NCBI RefSeq assembly: GCF_000150275.1
Contig: NW_002060945.1
Coordinates: forward strand, 9,192,011 to 9,256,010
Direction: 5' to 3'
DNA from: Trichoplax adhaerens
Taxonomy: Eukaryota > Animalia > Placozoa
Length of the DNA: 64,000 nt
The notes under the pieces were generated by a model that was not told the origin of the DNA, did no database searches, and worked only from the letters and a program-made list of their open reading frames with translations. Numbering within the stretch: the stretch's first letter is position 1; each line of letters opens with the position of its first letter. Below, piece after piece: positions 26,201 to 42,300 of this stretch. Made by a program: the position numbers and the translations under genes.

Positions 26201-29200
26201 CGTATACTTTAACACTGAAAGGATATTACAATGTACGACAACGATACTCGTATATTCATGTAATTTTTTAGCTATTATCACTGACTACGTTAGTTGTTAA
26301 AATTGACTAGAAGACTTTGATAAGTAATTATATATAATCGAAAACGTTAAATTTTTTTGCTATGATAGCGATGAAGTGGTATCAATAGACCGTAGTAACT
26401 ATACTTTTTAGGAACATTGTAATTTTAATTCCACCGATCAATCAATTAATTACTGAATGAATTGATCTCAGTGTACGTACTGTCTAGAATTTTACAGTTT
26501 ACGACATAAAAACTAGGCAGATTGACAAACCTTCCGGTTGCTATCTAATTTTTATGAAATATGATTGTAAAGTCCCTTTATCACTATTCTATCTGTCAAA
26601 TATTGTTGCATTGACTGAAGTAGTAGAGAAAACAGCTAATTTCTTATTGATTACAATGTACTCAGCATAACCATGATAAATTCCTAACTATAAGAATGCA
26701 CCTTACACAATTTTAAGAAATATTGACGATCAGATTGATAGTGATAATTTTCGATAAATAAAAATTAAAAAATTTTAGGATGCCTTAACAAATATCGATT
26801 CAAAATAGCGATTATGGCATCGTCAAAGCTATTTATCTACGATTCTACTTATGAACTGTTTGATCGATAGAGTTTATTGATCCAAGACCATACTACTGTA
26901 ATCCAAGAATTGAAAACGATCACTATATTACTTAGACGAATTAATATTAATAAACAATTATTGCAGTTAACATATGTGCTGCTGAACATTCAAAGCTTTA
27001 GTGATAATTATAATTAATTCTTTTAAATTGATGATTGCGTTGGTGTAGCCATCGCTTGTCTATTTAATATTACAAACATAGTTTGGAACAGATAAAAATT
27101 GAAATCCTTGCTCTAAAGTAAATTTATGTTATTTGATATGTTTACTTACGATTTGTAAAGCATATTGCATTGCTAGGCGGTACAATACTGTGTGTTTGTA
27201 TACTAATCACTAAAACACACGCACATATATTCACAAACAATTATTATTATTAAAATTGCTTGTGTTATTACGTTTAAATATTATTGCTATCAGTTTTTTT
27301 TTTTAAATTCAAAATGTGTATATTTCTTATTAGGATGAGGAACGCCGTACGGCTTTACATGCGGCATCATTCATTGGTAGTACAGAATGTATGGCAATTT
27401 TAATCGTCTACGGTAATGATTTATGCTGATTTATAAATTAGATTAATGTTCAATAATATTAATAACCCCTGAAAAATACAACAAATAGTGGACCTATCTA
27501 CTGTACAACTAGATGGTGCAGTAATAAATTGTATATAATGGTAGTTGCCAGTTATAAATGTATCGTTCTTTTAATTTTTATTTTTTAGATATAATTATAG
27601 AGTATATATTGGGTAGATTTACTAGTTATGTATTTTTAGGATTTACGCAAAATTTAAAATTAGTAATCCTGATCGTTACATCTGATAAATAGAAATAAAT
27701 CTATACTCTGATGAAATTTCCTTGCAATCATGTCACAATTACTCAATTGATAATGTCGTCCTTTTTTTTTCAAATTTACCGTTTCGTCTACATATGCCAA
27801 AATAGGAGCCAATGTTAATGCTAAGGATAGTAAATGGTCGACGCCATTGCATATGGCATGCATTGCAGGCAAAGAGGTACATTTCTGTAAAATGTGTTGC
27901 TGTTATTAACTATCTGTTAGATTAATAGTTCACTTTATGAACAATTTCAGACTTTAGTAGATATTTAATATAAATCAGATATTATTGATTTCTAGTCTAT
28001 TTCGAAATAATTAGACGGTTATCTTAAGTATTTCATAAATATTGTATTTTACCTACAATAAACCCCATCCTAATCGTTTCTGTTTTATGAAATCAACATA
28101 GGAAGCTGTAGAACTTTTATTGCAGAATAAAGCAGAAGCAAATGCAAGAGAGAAAAATTGGAGATTACCAATTCATGCCGCTGCGTCACACAATCATATT
28201 GGTTGCGTCGGTAATATAGTCGCAAAAGCTACATATAAATATTTAAACTTGTAAACAAATATAAGAGATCTATAATACGTATTTTCCTCGTTGATAACAT
28301 GTGTACTTTTTATTGCAGTGTATTTATTTGTTATATGCATTTGTTATATCTTTCAGAACGATTATTGCCACTTGTTAGTAATATTGATATCACTGATCGA
28401 TCTGGTAGCACATGTCTACATTATGCTGTCTTTGGAGGACACCTTGAAGTAATGACAAGCTTAATTATTTGTGCTTAATTCGAAGTGTGTTCCATTAATA
28501 TTAAGCAAGATTCTTTAATAATTTATTGAACTGATTATTAAATTATACTACATTATAGATGGTTTCCTTATTGCTACTAAAAGGAGCTAATGCAAATGCT
28601 AGCAATAAACAACATAGAAGACCTATCCATTTTGCGTCTTACATGGGTTAGTTACGCTGTACACTAATTGATGAATGATATTATTGGCACAGTTGTTTTT
28701 TTTTTCCCCTGTTTAATACTTACTGGTATAATACTACTACAGGCCATAATGAATGTATATCTGTTTTAACTGGGAATGGAGCTGATATTAATTGTACAGA
28801 TAAAGCGGTAATGACATCTAAATACCTATCTATGAATATTCGTAACTTTTGATAATTTTACGGAAACATAAAACTCTTTCAATTAATTTTTATCAGTACT
28901 AAATTATTGTTATAGCGGTAAAATTTACTAACTAAGATCTTGATAAGAAATATTTTTATCAATTATAATTGTGTAATTATATATTTAGAACTATACACCA
29001 CTTCATATTTGTGCTGCAAGAGGACATGCAAGTATCGTAAAGATGTTACTTGATCACAATGTTCAGGTTAGTTCGGCATAGTCGATAATATTAAAACAGT
29101 TGATAATATAATTGTAGATATAGTTAATTCTAATAACAATACGCTTAGGTGTAACTATTTACATGGATAGTAAAACATACAACGTCCTTCTTTAAAGTCA

Positions 29201-32200
29201 TTTTGCATATACTGTAATATTTTTACTTTTACAGAGCGAAGCTTCCAATATATACGGAAATTTGCCTTTACATGTTGCTTGCTTAAATGGACAAGATGCA
29301 ATTGTAGCAATGTTACATGAGCATGGAGTATCTTTGCGAGCCGCTAATCATAAAGGCCAAGTAAAAAATTTGCACTTAATAATATGTATATGATGTATAT
29401 CTATTATATTTAGCATTTGATAGAAGGTATACATCCGTATGCAATGCTGCTTTTATAATTACTGTTTGCCTATTTTAGACTGCATTACACTTAGCTGCTG
29501 CTACCGCTGAGAGCACAGAGTGTGTGGAATTTTTACTCAAAAATGGAGTTAATCCTAATAGCAAGGTAGGTAGAAAATTGCATAATTTTATATCAAGATT
29601 TCATACATTAAGCAGGCTTTGATAAAATAATTGTCATAGGCCAAAGATGGTCGCACTCCATTGCACTATGCAGCCATGTGTGGAAATGCTAATAGAATCG
29701 AAAAATTATTGTTTTATGGTAAAGTTATTTTGATTTTCGATAATACACGATTTAGGTTGATAAGCTTAAAATCAAAAATTTTTTATTGTGTAGATGCTTC
29801 AGCAAATGAGACAGATACTTATGGTAATACAGCTTTACACTTGGCAGCGAGATATGGTCATGAGGGTACGTTAGTGATACTATTGGAGCGTGGAGTTAAT
29901 CATTCAAGGTAATTATCTATTTTAATTTATATTATATGCTAATATACTGTATGCATAAGTTTCCTTACCATTCATCTAAGATTGTTAGAATATTTTGATA
30001 ATTGTATAATTGTTTATATTCGCTTCCAGCCAAGGTGAATGTGGGATGACACCGTTACATATGGCAAGTCTGTACGGGTACGCTAACTGTGTGAAGTTAC
30101 TTTTAGATTATGGTAAGTCCTCTGTAACTCTTAGCGATCTATTTCAAGTTGGTGAATTATACTATTAAAAGTTATGTACAAGAATCCCTATTATAATGAT
30201 TTAACATACATGTTTGCATAGGAGCGGATCCCAACGTTCGGGATGTCGACGATAGAACTACTTTGCATGCGGCAGCATGTAGCAGGTATTTGGTTTGCAG
30301 TTGATATAAAACAAGTTTAACTCTATTGACCTATATGGCATTGATAACATTTTGTTTTGAAGCTCCTAATCCTTCAAAAATTTGGAATTTACTATTATAG
30401 TAGTGCGTATTGCGTAGATCTTCTGATTGACTGTGGTGTTGATATTAATGCCGTTGATAAATATGGAAGGTAAGCTATGAATCCGATTTAGCGAATGCCT
30501 TTTTTATACATTTTAAAAAAAACATGTCCTTCCCTTTCTCTCCAATTAAGGTGTTAAGCAACTATCACATTCGTATATTTTACAGTTAATATGAATATAT
30601 TATTTAATCTTGTGTCTACTAGATCGCCACTGCATTACGCTTCAGGCCATGGACATTACGATAGTATATGCTCTCTTATTGATGCTGGAGTTACTATTGA
30701 CGTAACAGACCATTTAGGATGTTCATCTCTACATTATGCTGCATTTGCTGATTCATCAGCTCGGTACGTTGATTTGGCAAGTGTTTTGTTTGTCATTGAT
30801 TTTTTGTAAAAATAGGTTATATAAAGCAGTTGATAAGATGGAAACATTTATCGATATCTTTCGTTTTTAGTTGCATTGAACTTCTTATCCATCATGGTGC
30901 TCGTGTAACACGAACTACGAAAGAAGGATTTACACCATTTTATTATGCTGCATACAGTGGTCATGTTCTCAATTTAGAAGTGGTAAATAATTCAGCTATT
31001 TGCACTAACAGCATAATAACTAAGCTAATACAACTTATTCGATGTTTGTTAAATAGTTAATAGATGTTTGTAGTATCCGTGAACATACGCGATCGCGTGT
31101 TAAGCAACCATCAACTACACCTTTACATTTAGCGGTTTGTTATCATTTAACAATTAATTACAATTTGGCTACAATTCACAAATTAGCATTAACTATAACA
31201 TAACGATATATCTATATTTATATACAATTAAATTATCTCATATTACAGGCATACAATGGACATGCCAGTGCTGTAGGTTTATTGCTTAAAGTGATACCAG
31301 ACGCCAATGCTAAAGATGTTAAAGGTTTTATTTTCGTAACTTTGTTTTGTAATTGGAGCTTAATAATGAGTTATAGCGAGACCATAAAATATAAATTATG
31401 TTGTTTTTCTATGTCATGTTTAGGTCGTTTAGCGTTAACTATTGCATCGAACGAAGGCCACTAGTAAGTTTACAAATAGACACGATCGTAACCTACATAG
31501 TTTATAGGTTATAAAAATAGTGGATGTCGTTAACTGTCAAATTCTATTTTGCATTAGTACGTCATAAACTGTAAAATATTGTTAATAGATTTATTTGATT
31601 TATGATTTTAATATTCAATTTTGTCGCTTACAAAGTGACTGCATTGTGGAATTATTGAAATTTGGAGCTTCCATAACTGCTGTCGATGAAAGCGGTCACA
31701 ATTCCATTCACATTTCAGGTAGCTGTAATAGTACTAATTGGTTAGTTCAGTTTTAATATTTAAGAGAATGGAATATTAAAATTTTCAGTAATTTCTTTTA
31801 CTTTCAGCTATGTGTGGTCATAGTGATTGCTTAGGCGAAATAATAAAACATGTAGCTAGTAGTAACGATTTGGATATCACTGATTACGCCGGAAGGTAAT
31901 TTCGTATATATATTTGTAAAATTATCGCAGTCAAATGTACATCTCCTATACGTGTATTTATTTCTTATATTTATCAAAAAATTAGAACACCTATGATGTT
32001 AGCTGCTGAAAATGGTCACAGTGAATGTTTAAGCTTGTTACTCGAGTCAGGAGCATCAGCTAAATTGGCTGATAACGAAGGATTTAGCTCGCTTCATAGA
32101 GCCGTAAGTTTGCTATATAGCTATACTGTTCTGGATTACTATTGGGAATTTATTAAGATTTCTTATACGCAATTTGTCAATGAATTGGTTTCATCTCATT

Positions 32201-33989
32201 AGGCTGGCAATGGACATGAGAAATGTGTTGAAGAAATGCTATATCGTGATATCGATTTCAATCAAAGGTTCTATTGTATTAGTAGTTCCATATAGAGTAA
32301 TTTATACCTCACAATAAACTGACATAAGTTCGTATATGTTATAGTAATAAATATGGACGAACTGCTACCCATTTAGCAGCTATGTTTGGTCATGCTGGCG
32401 TGTTAGCAACTTTATTACAATTTGGTGCTTCTATGTCTAAAATGGATTCTCAGGGTTGCACACCACTTCATTGGGCTTGCTATAAGGGTATCTATCTATA
32501 ATTGCAATTGCTTAGAAGAAAGTATAGACTTGAATGATACTAATGTTGAAATTATTATTCGGTGATAATTTTCTAGGCCATGAAAGTTGTGTTGATGTAC
32601 TTTTAGAGGTAAATATTCTACAGAAAATGATACTATTGTGGAAGAATAAATCATTTTATATCTTTATCTGAATGTTTTGGACTAGGCACATAAAGGCAAC
32701 TTGAAAGGAAATAGATTCAGTCCACTGCATTGCGCTGTGTAAATACTATATACTATTCAATATAATAACCTGTACTACTACGTATGTAACTGAGCCTAAA
32801 TTAAATACTTTTCACTTCAGATACAATAATCATGAAGCTTGCGCCGAGCTACTACTTGATAATTTAAATCCTGATATTATATATGCAAGTGATAAATATA
32901 ATAGGTAATACTGTAATAGTAACCTTCTGGTATCAATTATGATGTTGATAAGGAATTGTAATTATGATCTGCACTATTGTATCGTAACGATTTATTTATA
33001 TTGGTGTTTATATAGAACGGCTTTACACGCCGCCGTGTTCAATGATCACAATGATTGTGTCGAAATGCTTCTACATTATGACGTTGAAGTAAATGCTTTC
33101 GACAGTTATGGAAAGACAGCCTTGATGATGGGCGCTGTAAGAGGCAATGAGAAATCAATAGGTTTGTTATAAATGTAATAATTTTCTCAGCTGTATCACT
33201 TGCAAATATATTGGATCAACTAAATTTTTACAATTTGATGCTCTTTTTGTATTAAATTAGAAATTTTAATTAGAGAAGCTGAAGCTGATACTAGTTTAGT
33301 GGATAACGAGGGCAATACAGCCTTGCATCTTAGTTGTATCAATGTACGTAATACGCTTTGAACTTACGTAGTTTTAGGTGTTATTAGATTCATTATTAAT
33401 TTATCTTGTTTTATTTTGTACAAATACAGCAGCATAGTTCATGTGCACTTATCATAATGGAAAATTGTCCATTAGAAGTCTTATCAATGAAAAATAAGCT
33501 AAATCAAACGTAAGTGTTATCATACTTTTGTCCTCATTTATTAACGATTTTGCGTTGACTATCTTTTCAAAATCCATTTTTATTTAGTGCTTTGCATCAT
33601 GCAGCACATAATGGACTAATAGATGTAGTTAAAGAGCTACTCTCACGCGGTTGTAGCGTTCTTTCTAAAGATACTAACGGTAGGTTATAGTCTTGATAAC
33701 GCAAGCTAAATAATTACAACTACGAAGTTGTAATTTTTTATCGTAATTTACTATAAATTATTAATAATTACTTCAGTATTAATACCATCATTCACTGTAT
33801 TCTATTTTTTCTTAAGGATTAACACCATTGCTAGCTTGTGCTCCAAATCTACAAGTTTCTGAATGTATGAAGGTACTTTTAGACGAATACTTAGCTTCAG
33901 TATTCCCTAAGAAATGCGAAACTGATATGGAAAAACAATCAAAAAGCGATATTAATGTGAAATATAATGAATTTGAAAGTAGGACATAA
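23223..33989 (+). CDS. ANKRD28: Serine/threonine-protein phosphatase 6 regulatory ankyrin repeat subunit (ANKRD28/44/52 family)
   Basis: 33 in-frame GT-AG exons traced: 23223-23306 (PPIIQACFFGDLDKVR), 27334-27412 (DEERRTALHAAS), 27806-27876 (GANVNAKDSKWSTPLH), 28102-28210 and onward to 33818-33989 (GLTPLLACAPNLQVSECM...TAA). It is colinear with the vertebrate motifs PPLVQAIF, AKDSKWLTPLH, GNTPLHIAARYGHE, FSPLHCAV and TPALACAPN. The start exon is upstream and uncertain; one candidate is MTWA|gt at 22384-22395. It is probably co-orthologous to all three vertebrate genes. Confidence 0.93.
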
Positions 33990-36309
33990 AAATATTGATT
34001 GAATTTTCAATTAATTACGCTTTTTTGAGCTGTTACTCAAAGTAACCAATAACTGATTAACAATACTTGCAGATGTTTATAGTTTTCTTTTTGTGATGCT
34101 AAATGTAAAGATCGTCTTTGTAATATTTTCTGTTTTCAAGAATTTCATAGTAGATGCAAAAACCTGTTACTTACCCGCTAGATTATTTCTTTCTTCCATT
34201 TAATATCGAGCTAAGGCAATATAATTATCATCTGTAGTTTACATTATCATAACACTTGCTAATTGTGATATATAATTGATTAGTTGTGATATCATAAACG
34301 TCACTGCAGTTATTAATTGGAAAACAAAAATTCGCCTATTAGGCTTTATGACTGTTATTCATCAAGTCAAACGATATACGTTGTAGCCATTTCGTAGTAA
34401 GATTAATTGTTTTTGGCCTTTTTTATATCACCTGGAATGTCATCTATGCCTTTTTTGTTCGACTGATTAATTATGTATTTGCTTCTATGCCTGAATTTTT
34501 AACTTTGTTTTATTTCATAATATTTTCTCCATTATTGAAGTAATCTATTTTTGAGGTTCCCGTTATTACTATTCGACCATGCTGCCGTTGTAATTTCAAG
34601 CCACAATTATCTCTAAAAATGCTGCAAAATATTTAGCTAGAAATACAGCAGAATGGTATTTCCGTTTCATAAAAATGTTTATTTCATGTTGGAGAGTTCA
34701 ATTTAGGGATTTTTTTTATGTCATATTGGTGACATGGAATTTACTATAATCATAGCATAAACCTATCTAGGTATATTATTGATTTGATCATTTGACGTTT
34801 ATACATACTATTATGAGTGTTCACTCGTTGGATTACTTTCCTTACGACTTCTGTCTTTGTATTTACCATCTGACCATGTCCGTAATAATATTCAATTCAC
34901 TAAGTAATTAAGTCTTTATAACTATTACATTATTAGATTTGTATCTGCCATTTTGATATAGGATTATGCTGTAATGTATACATGAAGGACTTTTGAATGT
35001 TATCATAAGACTATGCCAAGGGTGCATTACTCAAATATCAACATTTAGGCTGTCTAAAGAAACAAATTACGAATGTAACTAAATAAAAAATAAATCAATG
35101 TCTTACTACAGAACTTTAACTAGGATTTTTGATCGTGCATTATTTAAATGCACGTATACCGACATAATGTCGTCATAACAGCTGTAGTCTAATTAATACG
35201 TAGTAGGTATTATACGCTTGGACTGTCTATTGGGCACTAGGTGAGGGGGTAATTTAGTTCATAGGGAAGGAGCAGTTAGCTGAGTCGATTCAATATGTGG
35301 GTATGCTAATGAAAGACCGTGATATCAAGCTCTCTATTTCCAGTAATTTTCAATGTTGCAGTTTTTTAGTCACACTTTTTATTAAATTAATAAATCCCGT
35401 AATTTACAGACAATCACCAAGTTCTATTTTATAAACGCACACCCCAATGATATATATATATACACACAAATGCACAATACATCGCTTCAATATTATGCTA
35501 ACTTGTACTAATCACCTAACATTATACTTTTTAAAACAATAATGACAACATTCGTTGCATACTCTTTCTTTCCTTCTCGAATCAACTAATTCTCAACTGA
35601 TTCTAATTATGATAAGTGAGTGCAACTTTTATAAGAAAGATTATAATATCTAGAAGATTAATGAAAACATTTTAAGCATTGAGTTTACTTTAGGAATCTG
35701 CTCATATTGTATTTTTAATCCATATCCATTAAAGTACAAAGTATCGTCATTTGAACGGATAAACAACTATTGTTTGATTTATCCCCCCCAAAATTGCGAG
35801 AATTATCTAAAGTGAGTGTGAGAAACGTAAATGGCAGCAACTCGAATAATAAGGAGTAAAACATTGATACAAGATACTGCAACTAACCCTCTGTATTAAA
35901 AACTCACAAGCAATTACATAGTCATACTTGTATTCGCTACCTACAGTTAGTTACGGCTATATTATGTTATCCTGCTACAGTATACGAAATGTAGTAAACA
36001 ATAAATTAATTTACTAGATAGATAACTATCGAACATTTATATTATTCAGTTATTAATGCAGTATAGTACGTCTAGTACAATATACGTTGGTGTCTATGTT
36101 ACATAAAAGGATATCAAGCTATATCATTTTTCGTTACAAAACTGTCGATATTTCTTTGCAATTGCAATTACTAAAGCGCACCGATATAGGTAAAATTAAA
36201 CCCAATTTGGTTACTTTCTTTTAATCTAAGAAATACATGTAAAATGCTAGTAATATGAAACGATTATTACTGTATTTATCGTATCCCTTATAAATCTACA
36301 TAGGTTGAA

Positions 36310-39300
36310 TCAATTAATGGTTGAAACTAGATGCGTTTTCCCTTTTACTTTATCTAAACGTCTATTTAGACGACTATTTTCCGATTTCACTTCATCTAAT
36401 TCTTCCGTTAATTGGCGGACCTGAAAAATGAACGTTATCCGGTATTAAGTTTAATGGAGCAGCGATACCGATTTTACCATAGCTCAAATTGATCTTCAAG
36501 CGTTACTAACAATATACTACATCAATACTCATATACACAACATCTACGATGTATAAGTATTTTTTAATCCTACCTCACGTTGCAATCTTCTTTTCTCCGA
36601 TTTTAATTCATTGTTTGTATTCTCCTAATAGATGGAATAAAATGAAATACCCCATTAATTCCCACAATAGCAGTTATAAATGCAAGATATGTGTATTCTT
36701 ACAAATTCTTTTATTTGATCAGCGGAACGTACGGCCTGATTTTCAAGTCGTGAATTCTATAAATTATTGAAATTGGAATTTTACCCGAAGTTAGTCGATG
36801 TTATATATATATATATATATTCGTATAGTTATTGGGATAGTAAAATAAGAATACAATAATAATTACGCTAGTTTCCAAACGAGTATTTTCTTGTTCCAGT
36901 TTTTGAACTTTAGTTTTCAGTTCGTTCACTTGCTTACCAAATTCGCCTGATAATATAATCAAAATCAGTAACAGCATTTTTTATCATGGAAACAAATACT
37001 ACACCTTCCTATGGCATAACCTAATCACGTAGCTAGCTGATAATTTCCTTACGTTTAATATTATCGATTTCGACTTTGACATCAAAAGATTGATTTTCCA
37101 TTCCAGATATTTTCATCTTTGACTCATGCAATTCATTTTTCAGCCTGGAAATCTAGTATTACATCAATTTAAAAGAAATTCTGAATAAATGACTGCAAGA
37201 GGATAAAAACAATTTTACTTTAAGGACTGATGAAGTATTTTATGTATAAACCTCATGTAATAAATCTTCTCTTTCCTCTTCTGTAAAGGATAGTAGTTCA
37301 TCATTAGGTGGTGGTGTTTCCTCTTGTTTTTCTGATACAATCCTTTCTTCAACTTCTCCCTAGAATAAACAATAAGGATAACTTTCTATCAATGCGTTGC
37401 GCTGGCTAATTGTTATTCCTTCATAGTTAAGATTTATCGAGCTAAATTTTTATGTTCCTATTAACTACTCACAGCTTCGTTGATTACAACATATTTTTGT
37501 AACTCCTTTGCTAACATTTCTACACGATATTCCAATTTCTTATTTAACTTTAGTTGGCGTTCCAAATCCTGTCATATTTACATCCAATTTTAATTTATTT
37601 TTAAAGTTAATAAGATTTTAAGGCTGAATATAGTAATCGGTTACTGTAAGATTTATGATCAATCTTTTAGCTTACAAACGTCTTCTTTTTTAGATGGTAC
37701 TTAGCATCGCTCCAGTCTACTTCCAAATCGTCAATCCTACATGTATCCGTTGATAGAATTAGAACTGATATATATGTACTTGAAAAGGGACTAAAAGTAT
37801 TGTACATGATAAAAATATACGTTGGAGATAATCTTACTTGTCTTTTAAAACATCTACTTCGAACAATAATTTAGTTTTCTCATTGACTAATTGTGAATTT
37901 GATAACATAGCTTTTTTGAAGTTTTCTTCCAAGGCTATAATTTTTTCCTACCACAACAACAAAATAGGATTGAATATGGACGGCAATGTATTAAACAGTC
38001 ACGGCTACAAGTTTATAATTCTTAAATGCCGAGTACATCAGATATACTTTTATAGATTACCTTACTCCTACTAGATTTAGAATCGTCGGAATCCATTGAA
38101 CTTAAAGATGATTGATCAGCTTTAACTAGGCTAGTATTTACAGCAGCTACCGCCGTTCTCCATGCATCCTAAACAAGACAATAAGAATCTTACATTAAAA
38201 TAGATTATATCTTGACAGAGTAAAATAGGAGAGGTAATACCGTATTGATAACACATCAATGTTGTAAATCACAATTTAGAAAGTTTAATTGATTGTAATA
38301 TTCTCAACCTCATCAAAGACAATATATCTCTGTCCTAAATATATGACTATTATTACTTACTCTTGCTTTATCATTATCGGTTACATTACTATCAGTCATT
38401 TTTTCTGAATCTTCATCAACCTATAGATTTCATAGATAAAAGAGGAAAACGGATTATTACTTATCTATTTTCTTCATACCGATCGAGTCTAATTAATGAT
38501 TGTTCATAAAAAAGCTGTCAGTAAGAGGTGCTTTTAAAAGTGGAAGTAACTATAAATCAGAATAGTTGTACGGCGATAGTGTCTCATAGCTAAATCTTGA
38601 GTGATGAATATTCAATGTGTATCGCTGAATGATAATATGCTAGTGTACTAGCGAGATAAAGATATTACTAACGATGAATGACTCCAAATAAAGAATATAA
38701 GAAAAGTAGCAAGCAGCCATAGCTATTCCATCAACGACTATCATAGTATAACATGTACAATTTGAAATTTCTTGATTGATACCCGTGGTATTAATACTCG
38801 GTCGTCGATTATAGTTTGAAACTTGAATTATAATTATTCGTATACGTAGAACTAATTCAATTTAAGTAACTAGTAGTATCGATAGTATTAATACTGTAGA
38901 TTGTAGTTTGAAACTTTCATTATTAGTAGAGTATATGCGTATGTATGTAGAACTAATTCCCAATAAGCTGCTAGTAGTATCGATGGTATTATACAAATCT
39001 ATTGAGTTGGAAATTTTAGTTCTTAGTAGAGAGTATGTGTTAACCTTTGTGGAATTTGTCCACTTCTAGCTACTAATCGCATCGATCGTATTCATATAAA
39101 ATCGATTTAGTTGGAAACTATAGTTTACAGTAGAGTATATGGAGAAGTAATTCACTTCAATATTGAGATCTAGATCATCATTATTGACCAAAAGCCTACA
39201 GTACTTCTGCCTACCCGTCGCATCGACGGTCTTCCAATATAAAATCGATTTAGTTGGAAACTTTTGTTATATATATGTCGTTTACCTTATAGATAATCGG

Positions 39301-42300
39301 TCATTTTGCAAAATGATCAATTATCTATACGGTAAACGACATATATATATTATTAAGGGAGTATATGGAGAAGTAATTCACTTCAATATTGAAATCTAGA
39401 TCATTCTCATTGACCAAAGGAATACAGTACTTCTACCTACTAGTTGCATCGATGGTAATCATCTATAATATCGATTGAATTGGAAACTTTAGTTATTCGT
39501 AGAGTATGGTATACGTAGACCCTAGTGGAACTTCATTTACTTGTAGCTAATACTGTAGTCGCACCGATAGTATTTGTAGAAATAAAATGGATTTAGTTGG
39601 AAACTTTAATTATATCTCTATATTATTAACAGAGTATATGGAGAAGTAATTCACGTCAATATTGAAATGTAGATCATTTTCATTGACCAAAGGCATATAT
39701 TACTTCCATCTACTAGTCGCATCGATGGTATTCATCTATAACATCGATTGAACTGGAAACTTTAGTTATTAGTAGAGTATGGTATAAGTAGATCCTAGTG
39801 GAACTCATTTACTTTTAGCTACTAATGCAGTTGCACCGATAGTATTTTTAAAAGTAAAATGGATTTAGTTGGAAACTTTAGTTACGAGTAAAGTATATGG
39901 AGAAGTAATTCACTTCAATATTGAAATGTACATCATCGTTATTGACCAAAGGTATCCAGTATACATCACAACGCATATCTTATTGCATTAATTAGGCTTC
40001 GTCAATTTAAAATAACAAATAGAAAAATGGCTTAGCTGGATAGTTTATATCAACAATGATTCACCATTAGATCGAGAAAGGATAACCCTATCTAAACAAT
40101 AACTAGCTTGGAGAGCAAATTACACTACGACTGCATGCATGGACTGATGGAAGAAAAAATTGTAAATTGTACGGTAAAATACTGTCACCATGTTTGATTC
40201 TCCAAATGGGACGCCAAGTGCTCGTCACTTATTGCTTCAAGATGGGCTAAACTAAAAAAGATTAGATTCTATCTTTCGTTGGATGCAGTAATTCTACACA
40301 TCAATACAGTAGTATCTCTTGGTACACCGCATGCATTTCTACGCAATCTGTCTACAATACTAAATAAAATGGTTGATTGGAGATCCAGTTCGTTCTATAG
40401 AGCACAATAGTGTGTTGGATTGGTATGCAAAAAGCAGACTCAATTTGGTGTTAATTCTCTTCTATACGATGAGATTACCGTAGCGATCAGCTTCAATAAT
40501 AAACATGATCAATATACAGTCGATTAGAGTAGAGTTACTGCATGCTAAGAATTGAAGAATTTTTCCATCGATGTTCGAGTCCAGTGTTAATCTAAGCTAG
40601 CTTGTGGATGACTTTGTATCTCTTGTCTTTTTTTTGCAACTGTGTTAACAATACGAGTATAAGCGATTCTTCATGGAAAGTAAAGGTACATTCGCTTGAT
40701 TGATTGTAGCCTCTATGTGGAGGACACTACTGTATCTATTTCAATCAAGGAATCTGACTGCACTTGTGTCTTAACATGGTAGTCAAAAGAGCTTTACAGG
40801 CTCAAGAGAGTAGATGAAAGTGGAGTGAATATAAATAATTTATGATTACTATTGCTACAACTACAACGACAGCCATGATTGTTCTGGATAATAGACTTGG
40901 TTAATTGGATAAGCTCGTTGAAAATGGAGTCAAATCACACCAGTCAGTCATTACAGTACCCATCTAAAGTATCTCTGCTAGCAATAAATCAATCCATCAT
41001 GGATAGAAATTTCGAAAATCCTACTTATTCAACAATCTAAAACAATGATTATTGTTGAAAAGGCCATCTAGGCCTATTCTCACATGATTTGTACACTTGT
41101 TCAAGTCTATATACATTGCCATCAAGAAAGCGTCGAATGTTGTATGATTACATGGTAAATTGATGAATAGAATTGAAATTGGAAAAAAAAAATGAGAAGC
41201 AGAAAAAGTGGAGTAAAATATCAATACAGATATCCAAATACACATAATAAGCAAGATGTAGAAAAAGACAGTTGGCCAAGGGATAGACGATCATCGTAGC
41301 CGCGTTTTTACTACTGTCATCATCATCTTTACGATGTCTACAGTATACTATAGCGCGGTTCATACAGTAAAATAGACTTTGCCTCAAAGATTGACCGAAC
41401 TAAAATGGAAAAGGAACACTTTTCACGATCAATATCATGAGCGTCCATGTAGATCGACGAGTATGCCAATCAATGCCACCAATCATCTGGTTGAATATTG
41501 CACTGAGAGTGAGTTTTTGTTGAGGGAGGATGATCTGGATTGTCGTTATTGAAATTGTTGCATAACAATGATTTCAATTTACTGTGTTGCAAGGGATGAT
41601 CAAGACGAATTGACGAATGGCAGCGTTCAAATACTAGTCTGAGAATTGGGCTAAAGTAAAGCATGGCAAAAGAGTATGGGCATAACGTACTGTAGATGAA
41701 AGAGAGTCATATTGTCTTAATACTAACGAGTCATTTCGCTACTAAGAGGACAGTTAGCCAAGATGGAATCTATCGTTTAGAGTAGAATTAATTTTCAGCA
41801 TAGATTTGTTGATGAGGATAAAGATGAATAACATGATACGGGTATAAAATTGAATGATATCGTTGTACTGTAAGTAGGCGATGTGAAAAGTATACGATGT
41901 CAACTGCTCTCTTCTCATCATGGAGGATATCTCTATACGATGACTAGTAAGACGATGGTTAGCCAAGACTGAATTGATCATTTGGAGTAGGGTAGATTTT
42001 CAGGGCAGGTTTCTTTATTAAGATAAAGTTAGAAAATAGGGAAATGGAATGATATCGTTCTACTATAAGTAGTCAATCTGAACATAGACGATGTCAACTG
42101 CTGTATTTTCATCATGGAGGATATCTCTATACGATGACTAATAAGATGACGGTTAGCCAAGACTAAATCTATCGTTTAGAATAGTGGATTTCTTGGTGAG
42201 GATAAAGAGTAGAAAATGATGGGTATCAAATTGAATGATATCGTAGGTGATCTGAAAGTATACGATGTATAGTGCTGTATTCTCATCATGGAGGATATTG

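Noticed and set aside
31461-31470. Apparent in-frame TAG in the ankyrin gene (GGC CAC TAG)
   Set aside because: It is a phase-2 splice donor (TA|GTAAG). Joining to the exon at 31636 gives TAT (Tyr) and the frame continues.
35303-35315. ATGCTAATGAAAG, a near match to the POU octamer/TAATGARAT site between convergent genes
   Set aside because: It is a single short motif with no supporting context, so it is compatible with chance.
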